Shown here one piece after another: positions 1 to 16,928 of a DNA stretch of 64,000 nucleotides. The notes below the pieces were generated by a model. That model was not told where the DNA came from, ran no database searches, and worked only from the letters and a program-made list of their open reading frames with translations. Origin of the DNA: Chlorokybus atmophyticus. Its lineage: Eukaryota; Plantae; Mesostigma and Chlorokybus algae. The DNA is taken from contig RHPI01002048.1 in the NCBI GenBank assembly GCA_009103225.1, forward strand, positions 1,017,906-1,081,905, given 5' to 3'. Numbering within the stretch: position 1 is the stretch's first letter; the number at the start of each line of letters is the position of its first letter. The position numbers were made by a program, and so were the translations under genes.

Positions 1-1474
1 ACAGCTTGATGGTGATATGAACGGTAACGCCGTTGGTGCGAACCTGCCAGCGTTGGGGCTTTCCAACAAACCACTATATGCAGGTACACACCAAACTTGC
101 ACTGCACTTGTGCTAGAACAGCCTGACCAAACGAAGGTGACGACTATTCAACCCTTAAGGCTTCAATCACCGCAGATTCGCCTGCAGCTGAACCGGCAGA
201 CAGCGTTGCGTTGGTGGGTGTGAGCGACTACGACGGCATGCCCAACGCAACGCCGCTGGATCTGACCGAGCCGCCACTTGAGGAGCACCTCGCGCAGAAC
301 ACTCTGTGGCCCGAACTGCAGAAGCTGTACGGCCATGGCAACGAGTTGTATTCCGCTTGTGCAGGTTAGAAACACAAGATATGCACGCAAATATTTTAGA
401 TTGGTTGCAGTGTTCCATTGTTCATGACATGGTCAACACCATTCATGTGCAGATCATGCGGGGAGGCTGATAGCCACCGCTTGCAAAGCGCAGTCTGTGA
501 ATGTAGCAGACATCTGGCTATGGGAGACTTCCACGTGGCAGTCTGTTGGGCAAATGCCGGCGCACACACTGACCGTCACGCAGATGGAGTTTTCCCCTGA
601 CGACAGCCTGCTGGTCAGCGTGTCCAGGGATCGACAATTGGCGCTGCACAGGAAAAGCAGTGGAAAAGGTCGGTTTTCACTGAAAAGTCAGATGTGAATA
701 TAGCATTCATGCAACCTATGCACTACCCGCTTGTTAATGCTGTGCAATCGCAAGCCCTGTATCTCTTGCTTTGTTGGTGATGACAGGTTGCCCTTATGAG
801 CTGGCGTGCCGCGTTAAGGGTCACGACCGCATCATCTGGTCTGTTAGCTGGGCGCCGAACGGGCAATTTTTTGCCACTGGTTCCCGCGACAAAAAGGTAT
901 CTCAATTGCAGGTCAAGCACACACGATGCAAGCGAGGCTGCCATTGCACGTCGACCATTTGCTTTATGAGCAGCATGTTGCTACAAAAGCCCAGCCAAAC
1001 TGCGGCTCGCAGGTCGCGAGCACGGTTGCTTTTTGTGTATGACTACTGTGCTTTTGCAACTGATGCAAGCATACATCTTGACAGGTGAAGCTATGGCGGA
1101 TTGATACAAGCAGCGAGGGTGATATCACAACGAAGGCTGCCGTCACTCTCCCGATGTTTGCATCCAGCGTGACAGCTGTGGCTTTTGCACCTCAGACAGA
1201 TTCGAATGCACCTGTCACTGCTGCCCACATGTTGGCAGTGGGTTTGGAGTCGGGCGAGATCGAGCTGTGGCGTGTTGCACAAACAGCAGATGCTGCTGCT
1301 GCTGCACAGCTTACTACAAGAAGACTGCTGGCGGTAAAGCCACATTTGCGGCATGTGGCTGCCGTGCACAGGTTACGGTGGCGTGTTGTGCTATTAAGTG
1401 AGGGCAGTTTCGGGGCTCTGCAGCTGGCTTCGTGTAGTGCCGATCACTCAGTAAGGTTGTTTGACGTGACATGA
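1..1474 (+). CDS. ELP2: Elongator complex protein 2 (WD40), 3' part, multi-exon, 5' end outside window
   Basis: Exon translations [104 protein letters not shown] and [13 protein letters not shown] are ELP2 C-terminal WD repeats. GT-AG introns; TGA at 1472-1474. Confidence 0.9.
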
Positions 1475-4400
1475 AGCCATGCTATGCAGTGCCAGCACAG
1501 TGAGGCACCCGCATTCCGCCCTCATGCTTGCCCTGGTGCCGCACACTGCTGGTGTGCATGTCAATCACCTGTAGTTACAGCAAATGCGGCTAAACTGTGT
1601 TAAGTTTTGAGTTGGGCTCTTTCGAGACACTGATACCCGCTACCTGGTCTGATGCGCTGCTGTCTCTTGGCTAAAATGGCTTTACTTGATGCTTAGTCAG
1701 CGGAACCTTGGTTCATGTACATGCAACGTGTACAGGATTTTTCGCTGTATATATACAATGTGGCGTATGTATGTGCATGCAAAGAACATGCAAGTGTTGG
1801 CAACATACAATGTATCTATCTACATATGCGTCCGCAATCTATCCATGAGCTCCAGGTCACAAGCTTCTATTGTGAAAGAAACAGAAAAACAATCGACCAT
1901 GCAGGAGTTGGTGCCATTGTCCATGTGTTCTAGCCCTGAACAACAGGCTTACTCAACTTGTGCAGTGGCACTTCTGCGCATTGTAAAGCACGCATGCCAA
2001 GTTCATCTGATGGTCTCTGTCAACGACGAGTGACGCTAGCGCTGAAAAGTAGGACATCAGCAAAATGTATATATGCAAATAATCACTTTGAGCCCCTTTC
2101 TCAAGCGTCTCAAGTTACCATTTAGTGTCCAAAACTCGATCATTTGGACATCCTAGACTCTATTAGGTGTGTCATGCGGCGTGCGGCACTCGCATAGAAA
2201 GTTTGAATATACAAGTCCTCACTACCGCCCTAAGTAAATATCTACCAAACATAAGCGCGCGCTGTCTTCCTTTACGAGGTTTGCATAAGACAAGAACTCT
2301 AAACCTATGCAACAATAGCACATCAAGATGACTTGCGTATAAATACAATAGCCATCTCAATGTGATGCTCTTGATACAGACATATCTCAGTACCGAAAAT
2401 GGTACAATACCCGCTAGCCATCCCGATGTGCATCGGCGTGGCTAGATATTGTGATCGTTGTGATACCATAAATAGTACATTACAACGGGTAACAGTAATT
2501 TTATACTTATGCTTATGTATCAGACCAAGCTTGCCAACGATGTACTCAAATCTAGTTATAAAATATACTATTAGGTATGTTACAAGTTTTAATATTCTGA
2601 TTTAACACTGAGCTAGGACAAGTACTGAGTATCGTAAACAGTATTGTAGCCGTTATTTTTCACACATACGCGTAATATATATATATATAACATACCGAAA
2701 GCCGGGTTTTTTTCGCCACAAATATTAACACAGTCGATGGTATTAACAATATTTAAACGCATGCACACGCCCCTCCACACAAAGCACTGATAAACTAGGG
2801 TTGGCGCTAGTGTTTAGACGTCAATGATGCAGCAAACATAGACAATAATTCTTTAAATAAAGAGATTGTTGGAAGCTGCAATATTGTTGCCTCAACTTAC
2901 ACAACTAACAATAATGCAAATATACAAATACATAACCAAGGTATACATAATAAAGGTATTGAAGTAAGTAATTGCTGTAATACAACCAGACATGCAGCCA
3001 CCTCCTTGACCTTGTCGCGCAAGACACGAATGTGCGCAATAGAGTTCAACAAACGCGAGGCGACGATACACACAACATACAAGCAGGCAAAGACAACCAC
3101 GAATACAAGCATGATGCACAATTGCTGATGTTCACCCGCATATGTAAGGGCACTGCCTTAGGGCAGCAAAGTTCAGCAGGAACATGACCGCGCCTACTGC
3201 TGTGATGGAGTTCAGTACATGGTCACATGTGCACCTGTGAAGAGCACAAATATTAACACAACCACCGTGGTTGTGACTACACCGCATAACGATTGATTGA
3301 AAAATACTTCAAGCACATGCATGCGCTCGTGCTGAAACTGAAAAACTGAAAAACGGCAATGTTAACTTAATCTAATATATACAATGCATCTTCATGCCAA
3401 GCTTCTGGTGTGGAAGTTCATGGTGCAATAGTGTTAAAGTAAGATGTAGACCACAAACTACCTATTCTGTTTGCAGTGCTGTTGTGTTGGCAGCCATGCT
3501 TGAGTGCACAATGCATGCTCATGCCGAGTCCACACATAACTACATCGTTATGCTTGCTTGCACAAATGCGGTGCTCATGTGTGCAGCACAGTGCCTGGTT
3601 GTCATGCTAGCTGACGCAAGTACGGTGCTAGTGTGTGCAGCATAGTGCATGGATGTCACATGGCCGCTAACTAGCCGTTACCACTGCTGACTCACTACCA
3701 GGCCATTGCCACTTGAAGCGCCTGTAGGCATTCCAAACCGCATTATGTACACGGCTTTACATCAAAACCTTACAGGACCCTAGCAAGTGGCGGTCGCCAT
3801 GAACGCCTACGCACAGCACCAGCACTGCACACTGCCTCCGCCCTCCGCCCTCCATCTTGCCTGCTGCTGCTTGCCTGCTGCTGCTTGGCTGTACTGTACT
3901 TGGCACTACGTTGCTGGACCACACAGGTTTAACTATGTGGAGCTGTTGCACAGGCCCGTTGCCTTCCCTTCCCTACTTGCCCTGCTCTCTGCTCCTTGCC
4001 CCCTTTGCCCAACCCGCTGTGCATTGCACTTAATTGCACGCACTTAGTTAAGCTGGTTGTTTGCCCCCGCTTATAGTAAACTGTTGCGTGCTTTACTGCG
4101 TGGTCTCCAGTGCGGTGCACGTGTGCATTCTTGCAACTATTCTATAGGAATGCCGTAATACAAACATGCATGCAGCTGCATGCATACCCTTGAACACACG
4201 AAAAATGCACACTTACAGCCATATACTCAGGCGTGCATGCGCACATCAGCACATGCATGCTCATACACATGCATACGCGCACGCGTGCACACGTGCATAC
4301 CCCCCAATCGTAACCTTCATAATTTTTCATGCCTTCCACGGTTTAAAGCAAAGATGAAAAGCAATACAGACAAAGTGATGGTGAGATTTATGAGTCGGTA

Positions 4401-6181
4401 GTGCAGCACTTTTACAACTTTAATGTCATACAAAAAGTGCAGCGTAGAATATGACTCATTGGGCAAACATGAAAGTAAGTACGCTATATTAAGCATGTTC
4501 ATTATGCAAATAGTCGTTATCAATAGCTTATGGTAAGCTAATAACCGTGCACATCAACACATTTAAACAATACAACAATAATGTACATGCGTGTTAACAG
4601 TGTAGCACATTGTGCAGCCGTAAGCTTGAGAATCCAAGCTACATAACGTACGCTGCAAAATTATAAGCATCATAAGGTCTCAAAAGTCATATTGCGTATA
4701 AAGTATCCGTGCGGCGTAAACTTTGCACCACGCTAATATACATGCCGATTTTTTTAATGATTATTTTCTCGCAAGTACACACACAATAAATGACGCTATA
4801 TTAAAAGGAAATAAGTTTGGAGGTCTACATTAATTGTAACATGATACATAAAGGTTCTTGCATAGTATTTAAAATAACACAATATTGACCTACTATTTAA
4901 AGTTGTGCATTATGAATGCAGAATGCTTTTTTCTGTATTTTTTGATTATTGGGTTATGATTGATTGTCCATTTTGTAAGTTGCAATAAGTTATGTTCCTG
5001 CTAGCATGCCAACAGCCGCTTATGGATAAGGGGGGGGGGGGGGACTGTNNNNNNNNNNNNNNNNNNNNNNNNNNNNNNNNNNNNNNNNNNNNNNNNNNNN
5101 NNNNNNNNNNNNNNNNNNNNNNNNNNNNNNNNNNNNNNNNNNNNNNNNNNNNNNNNNNNNNNNNNNNNNNNGGGGGGGGGGGGGACTGTATGAAAAAAGG
5201 GCACCGGCTGTCCTTGGGCATAAATGAGGTCGTGACCGCCCGCAACAATCACTCCAGTATTGCAGTGCGCGTTTCTTTGCGATATGCTGCGTCACTTCTT
5301 CAATTATCAATTACGGCGAGCACACAACGACCTCATCTTGTGGTTATAAAGTGGTTATGTATCATAAAGTGGTTATGTATCATTGAAAGCCTAAAAAAAA
5401 GCCTGACGGGTTGGTAAAGTCTAACTTCTTTGTAGGTATTCATATTATGCACGGGAACAAAACTGCACATGGGCAGAATACTACCCTAATAAGCATTGCA
5501 CAGCTAAAATAACCATATTATATATACCGCGAGGAAACTGTCTTACTCAGATAATGCAACGAGGGAAATCACGACGTAAGAAGCTTTCTGCTTAGATCGA
5601 AGGAAGCACACCTTAACGTATGCACATCAATGCTTAGAACAAGGTTTGACTGTATCAAGTTGGCCAACCGTACGTCCTTGCGCCGCGTGTCCAGCCAGTA
5701 GGATTACGCCGGCTGTGCTGAGTAACGCGGAGTTTGCGTGACTCGCCGTAACAGCGACACGGTATGCCCAACCAGAGACGTCAACGGGCGCTGCGGTCAC
5801 ATGTGGCTTCTGTCATCAGAGCAGCCAACAGCAGGTGAAAATACGTCTACCTGTTTTCAAACTTGTTTGCTGTTCATTCAGTGGGGAGCTGGCGTAGTTT
5901 GAGTATGGGAAGGAACGGCGAGCATCGCACTTGCTGATTGCCCTGTATTCTCGTGTGTGCATAGTTTATACGTGCTATCAGCTCAGCTGTTGTGAGCGGA
6001 GCAAATGCTAGTTTGGGAGTGTCACCAGCTTGTGTGTCGACTGTTTGTTTGTTTTGGGTGGTGGTGATGCTGCTGGTAGGGTAGCGTAGGGATGTGTACA
6101 CTCAGTTGGGGGTGACGTAAATCAATCTTCCCCCCAAGCTGGAGAAGGGCAAAGGCTGGGGTGCAACGTGCAGCAGCAGCA

Positions 6182-11179
<4,998 letters not shown>

Positions 11180-11774
11180 AAATTGCACATGAGCCAGATG
11201 TATGCTTACATGGCGATTGGTTGTCATAGGCAACAAAGTCCAAAGGAGCAACTGCTCAGTCGCCGCCATCTTCCCTGCTAGCACCCAAACCTGTAGCTGT
11301 AAGTAGGTAGTATAGGATATGTGAAGTGCTGTGTGAGACACAGTGCGCAGGTCTAGCATGCAACTTGAAACATGTTGTGTAGACATACATATGAAGCACT
11401 GGATGCGACCCCGTGAGTGTTGCCAGTGCTTTGTGTACACAGTGGCTGTGGCTATCAGTTGCTCGCATATCCTGTGCACTGTAGGCCTCTGGCTCATTGA
11501 CGCACATGTATGTGAGCCAGGGCTGGAGGCAGACATTGCAAAGGTGAACACGACGAGCTAAATCATATGCAAAGCAGGCACTGTGTATTCAGCACTGCTC
11601 GACTCGAGTTGATCACTATAATGGTACACGAACATGCTGCTGGTGCTCCTCCGCACAGTAAGGCGCCTATCGAGAGCGTCGCGCATTGCAGGTTGTCATG
11701 CGAGACAACCTGGGCACAAATGTAACTACCAGCAAGTCGTTCACATCACTGTAACGTGATCGCCAAGGTAGTGT

Positions 11775-13170
11775 TCATTCGTGCTGAATGTATGCACGAA
11801 TGATCTTGATGTCTTGTAAAGGCCTGCATGTGCACACAAATTTTTTCCCATGCTGGGTACACAAAGCAGATTTGTTCTGCACAACAGACAACATGCACGC
11901 GCAACAATGAGACAGCACTCGCCTGTCTGTTCTGTCGCTTTGCACATTGCCTAACCTCTTGACCACTGGCATGCCCGCCGAGACTCGCCCAAATATTGTG
12001 TGCTTGCCTGTTGACAAGACTCGCATCAGGACACATGCAACGGTTGATTCAAGGCACTTGGTTACACACCGCCCGCAGTGACCATGCGGGCATAGGTGGT
12101 GTGAGACAAGGGAGAAGCATGCATACCATCGAGCCAAGGAGTGGGTGCAAGGGTGATGAAAAACTGGCTGCCGTTCGTGTTGGGTCCACTGTTTGCCATT
12201 GATAAGATGCCGGCACCGGTGTGCTTTAGGTCATGATTGATTTCATCTTCAAACTTCCCCCTGTTCGACACAGTGCAACATGATTAGCACATCTTGCGGT
12301 ACTCGCCACGAGAACAAAGTGTATGGTTCAAAAAGGCGAATATGATAGGCACCACAGCAATATGAGGAGCTATGTTTACTCCCTTGCATGATACAATATA
12401 ACGCAGCTCACCCAAACGCTGATTCCCCACCGCGTCCTGTGCCTGTTGGATCACCCGTTTGTGCCATAAAGCCCCTTATTATCCGGTGGAACTTTACACC
12501 GTCGTAATAACCGCGCTTTGCCAGCTCCATGAAGTTCTGCAACAACGTGTGCGGGGTATGCTTCCGGGGATTACTCCGATAAACAGTATTGAGCAGCCAA
12601 CACAACCGCGGCACCGCATGCAGCGAGCGCTTGCATTGCATGTGACGAAGACAATGTTGAGAAAAGTGAAATTTGCTTCTACGACAGTTCAATCACAACC
12701 ACATCAGCTACTGTGTGGGTTTGCATAACAACAAGCACATGACGTGTTGGAGTGCGCAGCTATAGAGGACTGACCACACAATGCATATATCTATGTTCTG
12801 TGAAAGAGTGCCATACGCCACGCCTGAATCTTCTGGTTACGTGTTGCAGTGGAACAAGCCAAGTTGATGGCATCACGCTTGACTCACAACGAGCACAAAG
12901 TTTATAAATTGAAGAATGTGCGGCCGCTATCGAACACCTTTGTCCTTCGTGTAGAACAGCAACAAGCGCATGTAACTCTGTATGCATATGTGACTCACAT
13001 CTTGTCATCTAACACCAACGCATTTGTATGATGTACAATTCGCGCAAGCTTTCACCCAACCAACCAACTACCTTGACTGCTCTGGGTGTGTGGTTCTTGT
13101 ACAGCTCCACCACAATGGCGCCCATGCTCGTCTCCAGCACCACCTCTGGCGCAGAGCTCGCCGACTCCAT
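11775..13170 (-). CDS. PPIL1: Cyclophilin-type peptidyl-prolyl isomerase, PPIL1-like, multi-exon
   Basis: Exons: [33 protein letters not shown] (13170-13072), [106 protein letters not shown]. Confidence 0.93.
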
Positions 13171-13372
13171 GATTGTGGACACAACCCCTCTGCAGACCCC
13201 TGCAACACCCCGCCGCCGCCGCCGCCGCCGCTTTTTGTGAAGTCAGCCTGACTCTGTGTGTGGTCCTGGCTTGTTCTGGGACTGATGTCGGGGGTGGAGT
13301 GGGACTTGAATTGGATTGGGTTTGGAATTGGGCTCCACTTAGGGTTCACGTGTTGACGTTGGCGGCGGCGAG
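13171..13372. promoter_or_regulatory. Putative compact bidirectional promoter between PPIL1 and NAF1
   Basis: The two ATGs diverge about 200 bp apart; the spacer contains a (GCC)n tract. Inferred from geometry only. Confidence 0.45.
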
Positions 13373-16300
13373 ATGGACGGGGAGGGTGGGCGTGCTGGTG
13401 TTGAAGAGGAGCTTGTGACTCCGCAGGTTGCGCCAGCCGTATCTGTTCCCTCTGAGGCAGCTGCTGGGCAGTCACCTGACGCTGCGGGAGGAGTCCTCAT
13501 GTCCAGCATTCCTGCTGCTTCTGGCATGGAGTCTGTCATGACGGATGTGGGCGCCGACATGCCGCAGCAGGCAGCTGCGGTGGAGAAGGTTGAGGAAGAG
13601 GTCCAAGGTCAGCAAGTGACTGTCATGCCAGAGACGCCCGCACATCAGAAAGAGGCGCAGCAGGAGCAGGCTGTGGTGAGCGGCGAGCATACAGTACCCT
13701 CAGCGGTTGCTGCTTCACAGCTGGCTCAGGCGCTGGAAGCTTCGGCTGCTTTTGCAACAGCTGGCGAAGCCGACGCTGCAGGGCCTGATGTGGAGCTTGT
13801 CGGCACTGTTGTTAGGATGGACAGTGAGCGCGCAGCTGGCGTGTCTGGCCTAGTTCAAGGCTATGACTCCGACGAGGAAGCCAGTAGTAGCGGCGCATCA
13901 AGTGAAGGCGAAGACTCCTCTGAAGAGGCGGACGAAGAAGTAAGTTCTTGCGCGAGGTCTTGTGTGCACGAGGTCTTGTGTGCATGAAGGCAGGTGTGAA
14001 GGCAGGCAGAAATGCATGTCTACATGCACGCGTGGCTTTCTGCGCGCTTGATCTCCAGAAAGCGTGCAGCATGCACTTCCTTTGGGCTGCATTCGTTTGC
14101 GTGCTTTCCTGCCACCATAGCAAGAGGCATGCAGCTTGACAAGCAGTGCACCATCTACATCACGGCGTTTAGCGCATGCTCGCCGGCTGCATCCGTTGTC
14201 ACGTTTCATATTGCTATGGTGCTTGCAACGTCTTCTTGCGTACGTTAGCTCGCAAGCCTTAGGAGCATTGGCACTTTGCGTTGCATAGCACTGGGATCGC
14301 AGCTTGCAGCCATGCACGTTGAACTGCCTGGTTAGTCCCATGCAATTGGTGCTGCTTCAGAGGGTAGATAATGCTTGTTAAGGTGCAGACTCACGCAGGT
14401 TGCATTCATCCGTGCGGAAGTGGCTTTGTGTCGCTTAATGCGTGTTATCAGGAGTCACCAGCTGGCGAAAGAGAGGCGGAGACGGACAGCAGCTACGTTA
14501 GTGAAGAAAGCAGTAGTGATGCCAGTAGTAATAGCGACGACGAGGAGATGGTCAGCCCACGCAAAGCCCTAGACACTATGCTTGGTGGCGACAGTGATGA
14601 TGAGCCTTCCAGCCAGGGGCCGCCTCGGACTGCGCATGAGATTGTGGTAAGCTAAACTGGTAGTGCTCATGAAGGAATTGCTTGCAACCAGTTGTACCTA
14701 GTTGCATCAGTTCAATCTAGTGTGCGCAACCAGGATCTGCCGCTTGTTGTCCCAATAGATGTCGAGATCACGCCTCAACACAAGCTGCTGCCAGTCGGCT
14801 CTGTCGCTGCGGTGAGTGCCATGTCGCCTGCGGGGGGACTTGAACTACGTAATCAAGCGCTCGCCGACTGAACAGCTCAGGGCACTTATATGTGCCTTAC
14901 TCACAGGTGGTTGGCACATCCATAGTAGTTGAGGGAAGTGGTCGATGCAGAGCGCTGGATGAGGGGACAGTCTTCTGTTTGAGCGGCTCCCGCACTCCAC
15001 TTGGTCGGGTAGGATGTCTCATAAGCTGGGATTGGCGTGATGTGCAACAGCCAGTCAATGACTGTACCATGCAGCTGTCTCCCACAGTACGTGATATGCT
15101 TGGATTGTTGCTTAGGCAGGTGGAAGAGATTTTTGGCCCTGTTGTCAAGCCCTTGTATACTGTACGGTTTAACAACGCGACTGAGGTACAGTCCGCCTTT
15201 GCCGGTTGCAGCTTATGATCCGTTGATGAACAAAGAGGCTCACACTTATCAATCTTAGATCCCTTCTCAAGCCAAGGTTGGCGCCCAAGTCAGCTATGTT
15301 GAAGAGCTGGCTGTGTATATATTGGATGATGTCGAAAAACTGGTAAGTTGGACGCCCTTTCCTGTGTGTGGGAGGGGTCAAGGTTTGTGGTGCACGGTCA
15401 TCTGTCAGCACCGTATACGGATGCATGCAAATTCAGTGGATAGGTGTGTCCTTTGACTCGTATGTGTGTACTCATTGCAACTCGCAATGGTTTTTGGCAG
15501 CATACTAAAGGGTACGATGCGTCTGGTGAACATGATGAAGAGCTCTTAGAACAGGTAGGCTACTCAATGTGCGAGCACCGCTTGGTGCCTTGGGCAGTGC
15601 TGCAACCTGCTGTGTCTCGCAGGAGGTTGACTTTTCTGATGATGAGAAAGAGGCCGAGTTCAAGCGGATGCAAAAGCAGAAAAAGTAAGAAACTCCCTCT
15701 GGGGATCAGTGCAGAGCTGCTGACTACTCGCTTTTCCTGCCTGTTGTGCCTGCTTGGCCAGTTGGGAGCCGAGTTGCTGTACTATTGCATGCCCTCATGC
15801 CACCTGATTGCAGGCGAGGACCTGATGGTGCAAGCACGCGCGGCGGCAGTCAACGCGGGGGTCGTGGGCGAGGTCGGGGCAGAGGACGTGGGGGTGCGCT
15901 CGCTGACAGGCAGGGGAATGGGATGTCTTCGCATCAGGTTTGTGTGGGTGTCCATGGATATTTGCGGTTGCATCAGGCTCGTTGGCGATTGGTCAGCATT
16001 ACCATCCGTATGTCAGTACCTTTGAATGACATTTTGTGTTGCACACCATGCAGGCAATGCCAGAGATTCCCAGCGATCACCTTGCAGCCATGCACCTTCG
16101 GCAGCAACTCCCACATGGCGCTCCGCACCTGGCTCAACACAGCAGTGGTTATCATCAACCGCAACAGTGGGCAAGCCAACAACAGTTCTTCCAGGCACAT
16201 CACTTTCAGGCTCATCAACAGCACGTGCCACACGGTCCTGCTGGAGCTCCGCAGCCAACCTGGCAGCAGCCGCAGCAGCAACAGCAGTGGCAGTCATTGC

Positions 16301-16425
16301 CACCACAGCCTCATATGCACTCCATGCCTGCTGTACAGTACCAGCAGGCTACCTATCGGGCAGGGCAACACTCTGCAGCGTATATGCCGAGGCCCCCACC
16401 TGGAAGCAGGCCTGGACACAGTTGA
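13373..16425 (+). CDS. NAF1: H/ACA snoRNP assembly factor NAF1 (Gar1/Naf1 domain), multi-exon
   Basis: Acidic/Ser-rich N-terminus; core IVVEG..ALDEGTVFCL..PLGRV|EEIFGPVVKPLYTVRFN; KGYDASGEHDEEL..EVDFSDDEKEAEFKR motif; RGG tract; Q/H/P-rich C-terminus ending TGA 16425. Confidence 0.88.
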
Positions 16426-16928
16426 CACTTTCGCTGCCTCCCAGAGGTGCTTGTGGCTGTGATGCTATGCAAGTTCCGTGATCTGGTGATGTTGCCGCTG
16501 GCAGCTGGTCAGCTATCTCAGTGGACAGAACGTGTACACAGGCCAACCTAGTGTGAGGTTCAACCTGACACCAACCTGCCACTGATACGTACAGACGACA
16601 CTCGTAGTATGACTCGCATGCCACTACTCACACCGCCGTGTACAATTGCGTACATTGCATGTAAGAGAGGCGTCAGTTGTACGGTACAAACGGTCTCAGT
16701 AGGTCTCACTAGGTATGTCGCACTGGGGAGCACTTAGCAACTCAGACAGTCAGTAGGCATGATGTGTGCGTGGCACATTGTAGCATGATGTGTGCTTGTG
16801 TTGTCCAGAGAGGCCAGCTCAGTTGGCGATTGTGCCAGGTTGAATGACGAGTATTACAGCAGGGCAAACTAATTTGCAACACCACAAAGGAGATATGCGC
16901 GTAACTCTTACATATTTTAACTGACAAA

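Noticed and set aside
5028-5190. Poly-G + GACTGT on both sides of the N gap; ORFs spanning Ns
   Set aside because: Identical flanks indicate a scaffolding overlap at a homopolymer; ORFs containing X runs are artefacts.
5338-5390. Short tandem ataaagtggttatgtatc x2
   Set aside because: A simple two-copy local duplication with no spacer structure; not a CRISPR-like array.
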